Shown: positions 13,803 to 23,525 of the stretch, one piece after another
Position numbering within the stretch: the first letter of the stretch is position 1
How the letters are laid out: every line of letters begins with the position of its first letter
Virus record (IMG/VR): IMGVR_UViG_3300024303_000011
Source of the DNA: a virus
Lineage: Duplodnaviria > Heunggongvirae > Uroviricota > Caudoviricetes
DNA: 64,000 nt
Reading direction: 5' to 3' (one strand)
Notes under the pieces: model-generated
What the model was told of the DNA's origin: nothing
Database searches by the model: none
The model's input: only the letters and a program-made list of their open reading frames with translations
Translations under genes and position numbers: made by a program

Positions 13803-15758
13803 ATGGAAAAGATAGAACGAATTAAAGAGTTGGTTGAGCTACTTAATCATTACAGAAATGAATATTATAATAACCAACGCAGTGAAATTTCTGATTTTGA
13901 ATATGATCTATTTTATGATGAGCTATCAGAGCTAGAGAGTGAAACTGGATTCATTATGGCCACTTCTCCTACTCAGACTGTTGGCTATGAAGTCAGATCG
14001 GAACTAACTAAAGTAAGACATAACCATCCAATGCTTTCACTTGACAAGACGAAAGAAATTGGCGATGTAGTTAAGTTTCTTGATGGAAGAGACGGCGTAG
14101 TGATGGCCAAAATGGACGGACTAACATGTTCACTTCGATATCTAGATGGAGAACTTGTTTCTGCGGAGACGAGGGGTGATGGAGAAACCGGTGAAGATAT
14201 TTTACACTGCGCTAAGACCATTAAAAACATTCCTTTGCATATTAACTGTAAGGATGAGATTATTGTAGATGGTGAGGTTATCATTTCATATGATGATTTC
14301 GAAAAGATTAACTCAACACTCCCCGAAGATGAAAAATATAAACATCCTCGCAATCTCGCATCAGGATCTATTCGTCAGCTTGATAGTGCTATAGCAGCAC
14401 AGAGAAATATGCAGTTTGTTGCGTGGAAGTTAATTAAGGGTTGTAACCTTAACTCTTTTACAGATAGATGGATAATAATGGGAGAACTAGGGTTTGATGT
14501 AGTCCCAATGATTCCTCTTAATAGGGAATGTGTTGATTATGATAGACTTCAACACGTAATTATGCTCATTCAAAAAATTGCGCAGAATTATGGTTATCCA
14601 ATTGATGGTTGCGTAATTGGTTATGATGACGTTGCCTACGGTGACTCTCTTGGTGCAACCGGGCATCACCTAAGAAGTCAGCTTGCATATAAGTTTTATG
14701 ACGAGCTATACGAAACCAAATTGCTTGATATTGAATGGACAATGGGCAAAACAAACACTCTCACGCCAACTGCTGTTTTTGAAACAGTTAATATTGATGG
14801 AACCGACGTAAGCAAAGCGTCATTGCACAACATTTCCATCATCAAGAAACTAGGACTGACTAATAATTGCACCGTAAAAGTTTATAAAGCCAACCAAATC
14901 ATTCCGCAGATTGACTCTTGCCTCCAAGATGGCGATTCTCCTATAATTCCGCCTAAGTACTGCCCGGTTTGCGGACATGAAACAGAAGTTGTGAAGGAGA
15001 ATGAATCCGAAGTTTTGGTATGTAAAAATAATAACTGTTCAGGCAAATTACTTGGCAGATTGAAGTTCTTCGTATCTAAACCCGCGATGAATATCGACAG
15101 CTTAAGCGAAGCCACTCTGGAAAAATTCATTGAACTTGGATGGATTACAAACTTCCTTGATATTTATTATTTAGACGTAAATAAATCAGACATGATGAAG
15201 CTTGATGGATTTGGCAAGAAGTCTGTGGATAAACTCCTCAATGCAATTGAACAAAGTAAAAACGTTAAACTAGAAAACTTTATCACGGCACTCTCTATTG
15301 ACGGCGTCGGAAAGTCAGCCTCCAAGACTATTTCCGCAGCTTTTGACGGCGATTTCGACAAACTACTTAAGGCATTTAAGGATGATTTCAATTGGTCCGA
15401 TTTAGAGGACATTGGCAGTATTACATCTTCAAATATCACGAAGTACTTTGCAGAAAACGAGAAAGAAATTTGCGATCTTGCCGCTGAGATGAACTTTATT
15501 AAACCAGAAAAAGTCGAAATCAAAGCAAATCCATTTAGCGGGAAAACCCTATGCGTGACAGGAAAATTGACGAAATTCACCAGAGATAGTATTAATGAAA
15601 AAATTGTTTCTCTTGGTGCAAAATCTGCCGGATCAGTTTCTTCAAAAACAGATTACTTAATTACAAATGAACAAAGTGGCAGTAGTAAATACAAGAAAGC
15701 CGTTGAATTAAATATTCCAATCATTACAGAAGAAGAGTTTCTTAAGATGATCTCTTGA
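13803..15758 (+). CDS. ligA: NAD-dependent DNA ligase
   Basis: Adenylation motif AKMDGL (KxDG), Zn-finger CPVCG...C..NNC, C-terminal BRCT-like; 651 aa. Confidence 0.75.
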   Translation: MEKIERIKELVELLNHYRNEYYNNQRSEISDFEYDLFYDELSELESETGFIMATSPTQTVGYEVRSELTKVRHNHPMLSLDKTKEIGDVVKFLDGRDGVVMAKMDGLTCSLRYLDGELVSAETRGDGETGEDILHCAKTIKNIPLHINCKDEIIVDGEVIISYDDFEKINSTLPEDEKYKHPRNLASGSIRQLDSAIAAQRNMQFVAWKLIKGCNLNSFTDRWIIMGELGFDVVPMIPLNRECVDYDRLQHVIMLIQKIAQNYGYPIDGCVIGYDDVAYGDSLGATGHHLRSQLAYKFYDELYETKLLDIEWTMGKTNTLTPTAVFETVNIDGTDVSKASLHNISIIKKLGLTNNCTVKVYKANQIIPQIDSCLQDGDSPIIPPKYCPVCGHETEVVKENESEVLVCKNNNCSGKLLGRLKFFVSKPAMNIDSLSEATLEKFIELGWITNFLDIYYLDVNKSDMMKLDGFGKKSVDKLLNAIEQSKNVKLENFITALSIDGVGKSASKTISAAFDGDFDKLLKAFKDDFNWSDLEDIGSITSSNITKYFAENEKEICDLAAEMNFIKPEKVEIKANPFSGKTLCVTGKLTKFTRDSINEKIVSLGAKSAGSVSSKTDYLITNEQSGSSKYKKAVELNIPIITEEEFLKMIS

Positions 15759-15782
15759 CAAAATCAATCGCATCATATAAAA
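15756..15782 (+). promoter_or_regulatory. promoter P4 (TTGACA-N15-TATAAA) with downstream ACAGAATGATTG (15790-15801)
   Basis: Hexamers plus conserved downstream motif. Confidence 0.45.
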
Positions 15783-15813
15783 TAAACACGACAGAATGAT
15801 TGGGAGTGATAAA

Positions 15814-16056
15814 ATGTTCATATGTTTGGATTGTGGAAAAATTTTTGAAGTGCCGAAGAAATATACAGAAACCCATGGTATGGATCATGGCCCATTTGAA
15901 GTATTTTATGCTTGTCCAGAATGTGGCGGAGAATATGCGGAAACTTTGCAGTGCAACTGTTGTGGTCATTGGATTACAGGAGATTTTATTACCGTCGATG
16001 ATGGTAATATATATTGCGAAAATTGTTATTGTCGTCATAATATCGGTGATAAATAA
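15814..16056 (+). CDS. Zn-ribbon protein (two CxxC pairs)
   Basis: GGGAG RBS then ATG 15814 (track start 15796 lies in motif); CLDCG...CPECG...CNCCG...CENC. Confidence 0.4.
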   Translation: MFICLDCGKIFEVPKKYTETHGMDHGPFEVFYACPECGGEYAETLQCNCCGHWITGDFITVDDGNIYCENCYCRHNIGDK

Positions 16057-16071
16057 AAAAGGAGACATTAT

Positions 16072-16332
16072 ATGAATTTACAAGACATTGCCCAGGAAAT
16101 GTTAAAAGAAGCAGACAAATACGCCGTTCTAAAAGAAACCGAAATTCCAAAACTTGTTCCAGTTAGAACGCATAAAAAGAAGCGCATCAAAAAGAAATGG
16201 CTTAAGAGATATGGAACAAAGGTAGTATATGAAAAGAAGATGGCCAAGGTTATTGACGTTACAATGGATCTAGTGGTTGAATTTTGTCACGAAAAAGGAT
16301 TGCCTCTACCAGACGAATTATTAGGACGATAA
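16072..16332 (+). CDS. small basic hypothetical protein
   Basis: ORF with RBS AAGGAGA. Confidence 0.3.
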   Translation: MNLQDIAQEMLKEADKYAVLKETEIPKLVPVRTHKKKRIKKKWLKRYGTKVVYEKKMAKVIDVTMDLVVEFCHEKGLPLPDELLGR

Positions 16333-16382
16333 ATTATATATAATGCATATATTATATCGTTAAAGTTTGTGCAGTTCGTCAA

Positions 16383-16411
16383 TTTACAATACAAAATGAT
16401 TGTGATATAAT
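16383..16411 (+). promoter_or_regulatory. promoter P5 (TTTACA-N17-TATAAT) with ACAAAATGATTG in spacer; paralogue of P0
   Basis: TTCGTCAATTTACAATACAAAATGATTGTGATATAAT vs P0 TTCGTCAATAGACAAGACAAAATGATTATGCTATAAT. Confidence 0.5.
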
Positions 16412-16441
16412 ATTATAAATCAATATAGAAAGGAAATAAAT

Positions 16442-16741
16442 ATGGAAGAAGAAAAGGTATCAGCTGCGGTTGCAGAAATTAAAAATGCCAATGAAGACGA
16501 TCTAAAGAAGGTCATCACTCAGTGGTTTGAATCCACGAGAACATCTGGAATGAAAATTGGAGCAAAGATGATTAGTGCTGCAGTTTTTGCCGCAATTCAA
16601 AAGCACACTGTAAAGCCCGGCAAAGTTTCTTTGCGCGATTATGAAAGAATGACGGCGGAGATTAAGAAACTGATTTCTGTACAGCTTACAGAACAAAATG
16701 ATTCGGAAGAGGTAAATGAAGATGACGGAACAGCAGAGTAA
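16442..16741 (+). CDS. hypothetical protein
   Basis: ORF with RBS. Confidence 0.3.
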   Translation: MEEEKVSAAVAEIKNANEDDLKKVITQWFESTRTSGMKIGAKMISAAVFAAIQKHTVKPGKVSLRDYERMTAEIKKLISVQLTEQNDSEEVNEDDGTAE

Positions 16742-17492
16742 TATGGTTGCTCCAATCCTTGCAACTATTGTTAACGAGGATATTCGAGAATTTGCAAAAG
16801 TTCTTGTAGATGGACTTCCGGCTTATATTTGGGAAGTTGGCGCTTCCTCAACAGGCAAATATCATCCTGCATACTCACTTGGCGTAGGTGGACTTATGCG
16901 ACATCAGATTGCCGTCGTAAGATTCCTGAACTTCTTTTTCGAGCTTGAGCAATACAATACAGTATTTACAAGCCGTCAAATGGACTTAATGCGTGTAGCC
17001 GGACTTGTGCATGACGGACGTAAGAGCGGAGAACAGTCTGATTATGAAAGATCTAAATTCACCAAATTTGATCACCCTATGCAAATGGCAAATGTGATTA
17101 AAAGTTTTGATGGTAAGTATCTTAATCATGAAGAGATTGAGTTTATGGCGAACTGCATTGAATCGCATATGGGGCAGTGGAATGTTGATAAAAAGAGCTC
17201 TGTTTCTCTACCAAAACCTGCAAGCATATATCAGCATTTTGTACATCTAGCCGACTATCTTGCTAGTAGAAAAGATCTTACTATGGCTTTTGATAATTTC
17301 GAACAGCCTAAAATGGAATTACCTGACGTCAATACCTATACAATCAACTTCGGCAAAATGAAGGGGCATACAATTCCTGAGATTGCTAAGATTGATATTT
17401 CCTATCTGCATTGGGCAAAAGAAAATCTTACTAGACAGCCAGAGCAAGATTTGATTAAGAACTTTCTTAAAAGCCAGGAGGACGAAATATGA
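16716..17492 (+). CDS. HD-domain phosphohydrolase
   Basis: KYHPAYS...MRHQIA...LVHDGRK...HMGQW...HLADYL HD pattern. Confidence 0.5.
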   Translation: MKMTEQQSNMVAPILATIVNEDIREFAKVLVDGLPAYIWEVGASSTGKYHPAYSLGVGGLMRHQIAVVRFLNFFFELEQYNTVFTSRQMDLMRVAGLVHDGRKSGEQSDYERSKFTKFDHPMQMANVIKSFDGKYLNHEEIEFMANCIESHMGQWNVDKKSSVSLPKPASIYQHFVHLADYLASRKDLTMAFDNFEQPKMELPDVNTYTINFGKMKGHTIPEIAKIDISYLHWAKENLTRQPEQDLIKNFLKSQEDEI

Positions 17493-17836
17493 GTCAGCCA
17501 GTAATCGGATGGGTATGTAGTTATCTGAGTGATTATCCAACAGTTTCATTTACTGAAGAACGCAAAAGAGCATTAGTAGAGCGTATTCGTAAGCGTGGAT
17601 ATAACTTTACATATGAAGCGCATCAAACACTTCCTTATGCCGCCCCTTTATTTAAGGATAAAGTTATTTGTGTGCTCACTAAACCACAATGGGACTCTGT
17701 AATGTCAGAAGCATACGGAGATATGTCACGCGGATCTAGACTCATTCCTCAAGACGCAATTTCTCGCCCTCCAAAAAACGGCGTTCTTTACGAGAAAGAA
17801 AAATTTGAATTAGAGGAGGGTACTGATAATGGATGA
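17489..17836 (+). CDS. hypothetical protein
   Basis: ORF coupled to HD gene. Confidence 0.3.
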   Translation: MSQPVIGWVCSYLSDYPTVSFTEERKRALVERIRKRGYNFTYEAHQTLPYAAPLFKDKVICVLTKPQWDSVMSEAYGDMSRGSRLIPQDAISRPPKNGVLYEKEKFELEEGTDNG

Positions 17837-17989
17837 TTTTGAGCCGCGTCAAATTGCTCGATGCGAAGAGTGCAGAGAAGATATCTATGATGATTCAGGC
17901 GAAATTCATATTGACGATGAAGGCAATTACTTCTGTTGTTTAGAATGTGCTTGTCAATATCATGGCATTAGAAAAATTGAAGATTAAAG

Positions 17990-18277
17990 ATGAATTCAAT
18001 AGAAAAATTTATATCATTATTTGACGGCGATGATCGTTACTTAAACGGATTGTGCTACTGGTTTACTTATATGCTTAAAGGAAGATTTCCTGATGGTGTA
18101 ATTTGGTATGATCAGGTTTTGTGTCATTTTTACTTTGTTTTTGATGATAATGCTTATGATGTTAGAGGTCTTGTTGATTTACCTAAGACAGCAATAAAAT
18201 GGGATGATTATCAAAAGTTTGATTCGTCTGATTATCAAAGAGTTATGAAATATTGTATTTTAAAGGAAGGTGAATAA
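17990..18277 (+). CDS. hypothetical protein
   Basis: ORF. Confidence 0.3.
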   Translation: MNSIEKFISLFDGDDRYLNGLCYWFTYMLKGRFPDGVIWYDQVLCHFYFVFDDNAYDVRGLVDLPKTAIKWDDYQKFDSSDYQRVMKYCILKEGE

Positions 18278-18280
18278 GAT

Positions 18281-18976
18281 TTGATTAAGATTGAAAGAAT
18301 AAATGTTTTCAATTTTGATGGTGCAATACGTGGCATGCGTAATCCTATGAACAGTTGGGACAAGAGTGATAGTTTTTGGGACTTATCGGAGCACCCAGGC
18401 AGATTTGTGATTGGTGAAAACGACCTTAAACTGGCACGATCTCTCGCTAAGTCCGGCTCGGATCACCGCAAGTTTTTAAGACAGATTTTCGTTTCCGTGG
18501 ACATTACTGCACCGCTATATTGGTGGAAGGAATTTGATACTTATAAAGTGGGAACGGTGGTCAACTCGTGTTCTACGATGCATAAGATCCATGACAAAGA
18601 ATTTACCACCAAGGATTTTAGTTGTGAGGATTTACTTGACGGAACAAACTCATCCGAAGAAGAAATTTTGTGCACAACACCCGGTAATTATTATACGTCT
18701 CTTGGAGTTCTATCTATGGTAACACGGGCTCTGAACTTTTATAGAGAGTTATATATTAAAACAAAAGACAAAAAATATTGGAAGCAAATGATTCAGCTTC
18801 TACCGTCAAGTTATAACCAGATGCGCACTTGTACTCTAACATATGAAAATATTCTAAATATGCATCGCGCACGCAAGAACCATAAACTAGACGAATGGAT
18901 TCAAATATGTGGCGTATTTGAAACGCTTCCATACTTTAAGGAAATCTGTTTAGAGGTGCAGTCAGATGGCAATTAA
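18281..18976 (+). CDS. hypothetical protein
   Basis: GGAAGGTGA RBS, TTG start. Confidence 0.3.
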   Translation: MIKIERINVFNFDGAIRGMRNPMNSWDKSDSFWDLSEHPGRFVIGENDLKLARSLAKSGSDHRKFLRQIFVSVDITAPLYWWKEFDTYKVGTVVNSCSTMHKIHDKEFTTKDFSCEDLLDGTNSSEEEILCTTPGNYYTSLGVLSMVTRALNFYRELYIKTKDKKYWKQMIQLLPSSYNQMRTCTLTYENILNMHRARKNHKLDEWIQICGVFETLPYFKEICLEVQSDGN

Positions 18977-19229
18977 CGAAGACGTAAGGGCAGAGCTGGA
19001 TGATGAAACACTGGTCTTTGATAATCCATCCTTTGATAACTCTATTATTGGTATAACGACAGATGGTCAAGCAGTTTATTGCTACGACTCTATGGTTCGT
19101 GAATTAATGGAGGACGATAACATATCTGAACAAGATGCAATTGACTGGATTGAATATAATACACTGAGATCCATTCCTTATGCTGGTCCAATGGCACCGG
19201 TCGTAGTGTTTCTAATCAAGGAGGTTTGA
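18966..19229 (+). CDS. hypothetical protein
   Basis: ORF. Confidence 0.3.
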   Translation: MAINEDVRAELDDETLVFDNPSFDNSIIGITTDGQAVYCYDSMVRELMEDDNISEQDAIDWIEYNTLRSIPYAGPMAPVVVFLIKEV

Positions 19230-19234
19230 TAATA

Positions 19235-19816
19235 ATGAATGATAAAGAGCATGTGTTGATGTGCATAATGGGAGAATCTTCTTGCGGGAAGGATACACTG
19301 GTAAATGAACTGTGCCGTCGAAATCATCTAAATCAAATCATCTCATATACTACACGACCACGAAGAATCAATGAGGGAGATACACACATTTTCGTTGACG
19401 AAGATACATATACGCAGATGAGAGAAGACAATGAGATTGCTGCCTATACATGCATTAACGGCAACCATTATTGGTCCACCATCGATCAGCTGTATAAGTG
19501 TGATTATTATATTATAGACCCTACAGGTGTCGAATCTCTTAAGGCGCTAAATCTTCCAAACTTACGACTCGTTACAGTATATATAAATGTACCAGAAGAC
19601 ACTCGTAGAGAGCGGGCAAAAATGCGTGGGGATGATATGGATGTATATCGCAGCCGTTGTCTATCAGAGCGTGAACAGTTCCGAAATATGAAAAAGAATA
19701 TGGACGTAGAATGGGTTATTTCAAATATTGATTTTGCAGAAGCTTATTCTATGCTAAAATGGCTCTCTGATGTAAAAGGAGTTTGGAAAAACTATACGGA
19801 GGACGCTACAGAATGA
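19235..19816 (+). CDS. guanylate-kinase-family nucleotide kinase
   Basis: P-loop GESSCGKDT, TTRPRR guanylate kinase-like motif; AAGGAGG RBS. Confidence 0.5.
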   Translation: MNDKEHVLMCIMGESSCGKDTLVNELCRRNHLNQIISYTTRPRRINEGDTHIFVDEDTYTQMREDNEIAAYTCINGNHYWSTIDQLYKCDYYIIDPTGVESLKALNLPNLRLVTVYINVPEDTRRERAKMRGDDMDVYRSRCLSEREQFRNMKKNMDVEWVISNIDFAEAYSMLKWLSDVKGVWKNYTEDATE

Positions 19817-20382
19817 TTATCTGTGTTGACATTGATAACTGCCTAAACAACCTCGGCGAAAAAATGTTGGAAATTTATAATTCACGCTTTAATAAGAAAC
19901 TTCAAATGTCAGATTTGACGTCTTATAATTTTGCGGAATGCATGCCTAAATGTGATGCCGATGCACTCTGTTCGCTTTTTAAGGAGAAGGATCTTTGGGA
20001 CTCTCTTAAACCGCTTCCGGGAGCACGCGAAACACTTAAGAGACTGTCGCAGAAAGGACACCGCATTTATCTAGCAACGGCAACAGATCCAATCAACTTT
20101 GAATGGAAATGCTCATGGGTATCCACATTCTATCCGTTTATTCCAACCGATCATATTATCCGTATTATGGATAAAAGCATGCTGAGAGTGGATGTAATGA
20201 TAGATGACCATTTAGATAATCTGATTGGCAATATCTGTGAACGTATTTGCTTGGATTATCCATACAACAGAAGCATTACAAAAGATTTTTCTTATGATAT
20301 CAATCGAGCTTACAATTGGAGCGAAATTGAAAAATTTATTGAAGATATAGAAAGGAAGAATCAAGAATGGGAGAGAGGGTAA
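19813..20382 (+). CDS. HAD-superfamily 5'(3')-deoxyribonucleotidase-like
   Basis: DxDxT-type motif VDIDNCL at N-terminus after GGAGGA RBS. Confidence 0.45.
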   Translation: MIICVDIDNCLNNLGEKMLEIYNSRFNKKLQMSDLTSYNFAECMPKCDADALCSLFKEKDLWDSLKPLPGARETLKRLSQKGHRIYLATATDPINFEWKCSWVSTFYPFIPTDHIIRIMDKSMLRVDVMIDDHLDNLIGNICERICLDYPYNRSITKDFSYDINRAYNWSEIEKFIEDIERKNQEWERG

Positions 20383-20573
20383 TTTTATATTCAACGCATT
20401 GCCCAAGATGTCTTGTTATTGCCAGAAAACTGCAAGGCGCCGGCATTCAATACGAAGAGGTTAATGACGTAGAAGTAATGAAGACTAAGGGGTTTCAGGA
20501 AGCTCCAAAGCTTGAAGTAAACGGAGTAATTATGGACTTTAAGGATGCCGTGAAATGGATTGGAGAACAGTAA
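20367..20573 (+). CDS. glutaredoxin-like redoxin (CPRC)
   Basis: YSTHCPRC active site, 68 aa; precedes nrdD. Confidence 0.5.
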   Translation: MGERVILYSTHCPRCLVIARKLQGAGIQYEEVNDVEVMKTKGFQEAPKLEVNGVIMDFKDAVKWIGEQ

Positions 20574-20576
20574 AAT

Positions 20577-22517
20577 ATGGATATTGAACTTAAATTTAAC
20601 AAAGATTTTGAAAGAGCGCTGTATAATTTAAGAGAAAAATATGGAGAAGATTTTGAAATCCTTAACGGCATACATAGTTCTCAAATGAACTTTTCTGATT
20701 TTATTGATGCTTTTGTCGATAAAAATGTGGCAGATGTCACAATAGACTCAAACGCAAATGCCTCTAATAAAGACATTGCATCGTTCAGAACTGAAAAAGG
20801 TAAATCAATCGATAAAGTCATTGCAGCCAATAAAATCTTTTACGAAATTAAAAAGAAGTATGGTTTGAAAACAGCAAAGGAATGGCTTGAAACGGAATAT
20901 ACTGGCGGTTTTTATCTGCACGACTTCCCGTCTACGACATATGTACCTTATTGTTATGCATATGATCTTAGCAGATTGGCAACTGAAGGACTTTTCTTCT
21001 TGAATAATTATAATTCACGTCCTCCTAAGCACTTGACCACATTTATCGATGATGTAATTGAATTCATCAGTTTCATGTCTAATAGATCTTCTGGGGCAGT
21101 TGGAATTCCAAATATTCTTGTATGGACATATTATTTCTGGAAAAAAGATTGTGAAAGCGGATTTATTATCAACAATCCTGATTATTATGTTAGACAGTCG
21201 TTCCAAAAACTCATCTATAGACTGAATCAGCCATTTATGCGAATCGATCAGTCCGCATTCGTAAATGTTTCAATCTTTGACAAAGAATATTATGAAGCTC
21301 TGTTTGGCGGACTCGAATTCCCAGATGGAACATTTGCAATTGACTATGTAGACGAATTTATCGAACATCAAAAAATCTTCATGGAAGTTGTATCTGAGAT
21401 TAGACAAGAAAACATGTTCACATTTCCCGTTTTGACATATTCTCTTCTTTATAAAGATGGAAAGTTCGTAGACGAAGAATTTGCGAGATGGTGTTCTGAT
21501 CATAACTGTAAATGGAATGACTCAAACTTCTTTGTAAGCGGTGATGTAACAACGCTCAGTAACTGTTGTAGACTTCTTTCCGATACGTCTAAGCTTAAAG
21601 GATTCATTAACTCTATTGGTGGAACAGCGCTCAGCATTGGTTCTGTTAAGGTTAATACAATCAACCTCGTGCATATCTTCTATGAACTTGGAGATGAGGT
21701 ATCTGAAAAGAAATATTTGAATCTACTCAAGAAACGAACTGTTTTATGTTGTAAGGTTCTTGATAGAGTTAGACATATTATTCAGAGAAATATTGAAAAG
21801 AAACTACTTCCTAATTATTGTGACGGCGGCATAGAAATGGATAAACAGTATTGTACAGTTGGAATTCTCGGCCTCTACGAAACAATGGAGAAGTTTGGAT
21901 ATATCGATACAGATGAATTTGGCAACAAGTTCTATACCGAAGATGGCATGGATTTTGCAAGCAAGATCTTTGATGTGCTCAATGAAACAAAAGATGGATT
22001 TACTGATGAATATTCCTTCAACATTGAAAGTGTCCCGGCTGAACAGGCGGCAGTAAAACTTTGTGCTAAAGACAATATTCTATTTGATGTTCATGATAAC
22101 TTTATCTATAGTAATCAGTGGATTCCGCTTACAGCAAAGTGTACTATCAACGAAAAGATTAGAACCAGCGCAATTCTCGATAATAAGTGTTCAGGTGGCG
22201 CAATAGCCCACATTAACATCGATAATAATTTCCCAAATACTGAGATGGCATGGGAGATGCTTAATTACATTGCTAGCCAGGGCGTCATTTATTTCTGCTA
22301 TAACACAAAAATCAATGTTTGCAAAAACCATCACGGTTTTGTAGATAGCGATATTTGTCCTGAGTGTGGAGAGCATGCATGCGATACATATCAAAGAGTT
22401 GTTGGATTCCTAACTCCTTCTAAGTCTTATAGCAAAGAAAGATTTAAGGAATTTTCTGCAAGAGAATGGTATGATACCGCCGCTATGTATGGCGAAACAT
22501 CTCTGATTGGTGATTAA
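20577..22517 (+). CDS. nrdD: anaerobic ribonucleoside-triphosphate reductase
   Basis: C-terminal Zn site CPECG..C and glycyl-radical motif RVVGFLTP; 646 aa. Confidence 0.7.
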   Translation: MDIELKFNKDFERALYNLREKYGEDFEILNGIHSSQMNFSDFIDAFVDKNVADVTIDSNANASNKDIASFRTEKGKSIDKVIAANKIFYEIKKKYGLKTAKEWLETEYTGGFYLHDFPSTTYVPYCYAYDLSRLATEGLFFLNNYNSRPPKHLTTFIDDVIEFISFMSNRSSGAVGIPNILVWTYYFWKKDCESGFIINNPDYYVRQSFQKLIYRLNQPFMRIDQSAFVNVSIFDKEYYEALFGGLEFPDGTFAIDYVDEFIEHQKIFMEVVSEIRQENMFTFPVLTYSLLYKDGKFVDEEFARWCSDHNCKWNDSNFFVSGDVTTLSNCCRLLSDTSKLKGFINSIGGTALSIGSVKVNTINLVHIFYELGDEVSEKKYLNLLKKRTVLCCKVLDRVRHIIQRNIEKKLLPNYCDGGIEMDKQYCTVGILGLYETMEKFGYIDTDEFGNKFYTEDGMDFASKIFDVLNETKDGFTDEYSFNIESVPAEQAAVKLCAKDNILFDVHDNFIYSNQWIPLTAKCTINEKIRTSAILDNKCSGGAIAHINIDNNFPNTEMAWEMLNYIASQGVIYFCYNTKINVCKNHHGFVDSDICPECGEHACDTYQRVVGFLTPSKSYSKERFKEFSAREWYDTAAMYGETSLIGD

Positions 22518-23000
22518 ATGATTATCAAAGAAATTCGAGACGAAGATTTTACAAGTTACAAAAAACCATCAATGGTAATCGGATTCCCATATTGTAGTTG
22601 GAAATGTGGTAAGAGGCTGTGTCAAAACAGCTCTCTTGCCAAATCACCAAATATAGAAATTGACGTTAATATATTGGTTAAAAGATATATTAATAATCCA
22701 ATAACCCATGCAATTATCTGTGCTGGATTAGAACCTTTTGATAGTCCATTGGCATTGCCGGAATTAGTTAAAGAATTTCGTAAATATACTAATGATGATA
22801 TTGTCATATATACTGGGTATAGAAAAGATGAACTGGTCAACGGCTTTGATTCATTAAAAGAAGCTTATAATAAGATTCAGCAATGTAAAAACATTATTAT
22901 CAAGTTTGGTCGTTTTGTTCCAAACGAAGAGCCACATTACGATGCTGTTTTGGGTGTGAAATTAGCATCATCAAATCAGTATGCTGAAAGGATATCATAA
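22518..23000 (+). CDS. nrdG: anaerobic RNR activating protein-like (radical SAM, short form)
   Basis: Cys cluster CSWKCGKRLC directly downstream of nrdD. Confidence 0.45.
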   Translation: MIIKEIRDEDFTSYKKPSMVIGFPYCSWKCGKRLCQNSSLAKSPNIEIDVNILVKRYINNPITHAIICAGLEPFDSPLALPELVKEFRKYTNDDIVIYTGYRKDELVNGFDSLKEAYNKIQQCKNIIIKFGRFVPNEEPHYDAVLGVKLASSNQYAERIS

Positions 23001-23212
23001 TGGTTAAATATAAAATTGTTCTTGGTGACGACAAAGCGCTTGTCGCAGAGGTAAATAGACAACTGCAAGAGACGCGAGGATATTGCCCATGCGCTCTTGA
23101 ATGGAATGAATCAACAAAATGTGTTTGCTCTGCATTCAGAGAATCGCTGGCAAAAGGCGAAGAGACTGAATGTAATTGTGGCAAATACAAGATTATCAAA
23201 GTAGAAGATTAA
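23000..23212 (+). CDS. Cys-rich hypothetical protein
   Basis: ORF. Confidence 0.3.
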   Translation: MVKYKIVLGDDKALVAEVNRQLQETRGYCPCALEWNESTKCVCSAFRESLAKGEETECNCGKYKIIKVED

Positions 23213-23243
23213 CAACACAAAATGATTGAAAGGAAGATGAATT

Positions 23244-23513
23244 ATGTACGGTGAAAAAGAAATGAAGATCGAAGAACTGGAAGCAGAATATGCGCACCTT
23301 GGAGAAATAATCAAGCAGAAGAAGCAAGACGAGGCGGATAGAAAAAAGGCAGAGCTTGCTTTAGAAAAAGAGACACGCAAGAAAGAGTTAGATGAAGCAA
23401 AAGCGCGTTATTATGAGCTTCTGCATACATATCTGAGAGATTATCACTCTTATGAAAACTTTTATAATAGCGACAACTCTCCTATGAGTAAAATCTTCGA
23501 ATTGTTTATGTAA
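23244..23513 (+). CDS. hypothetical protein (charged/coiled coil)
   Basis: ORF. Confidence 0.3.
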   Translation: MYGEKEMKIEELEAEYAHLGEIIKQKKQDEADRKKAELALEKETRKKELDEAKARYYELLHTYLRDYHSYENFYNSDNSPMSKIFELFM

Positions 23514-23525
23514 GGAGTAAATATT

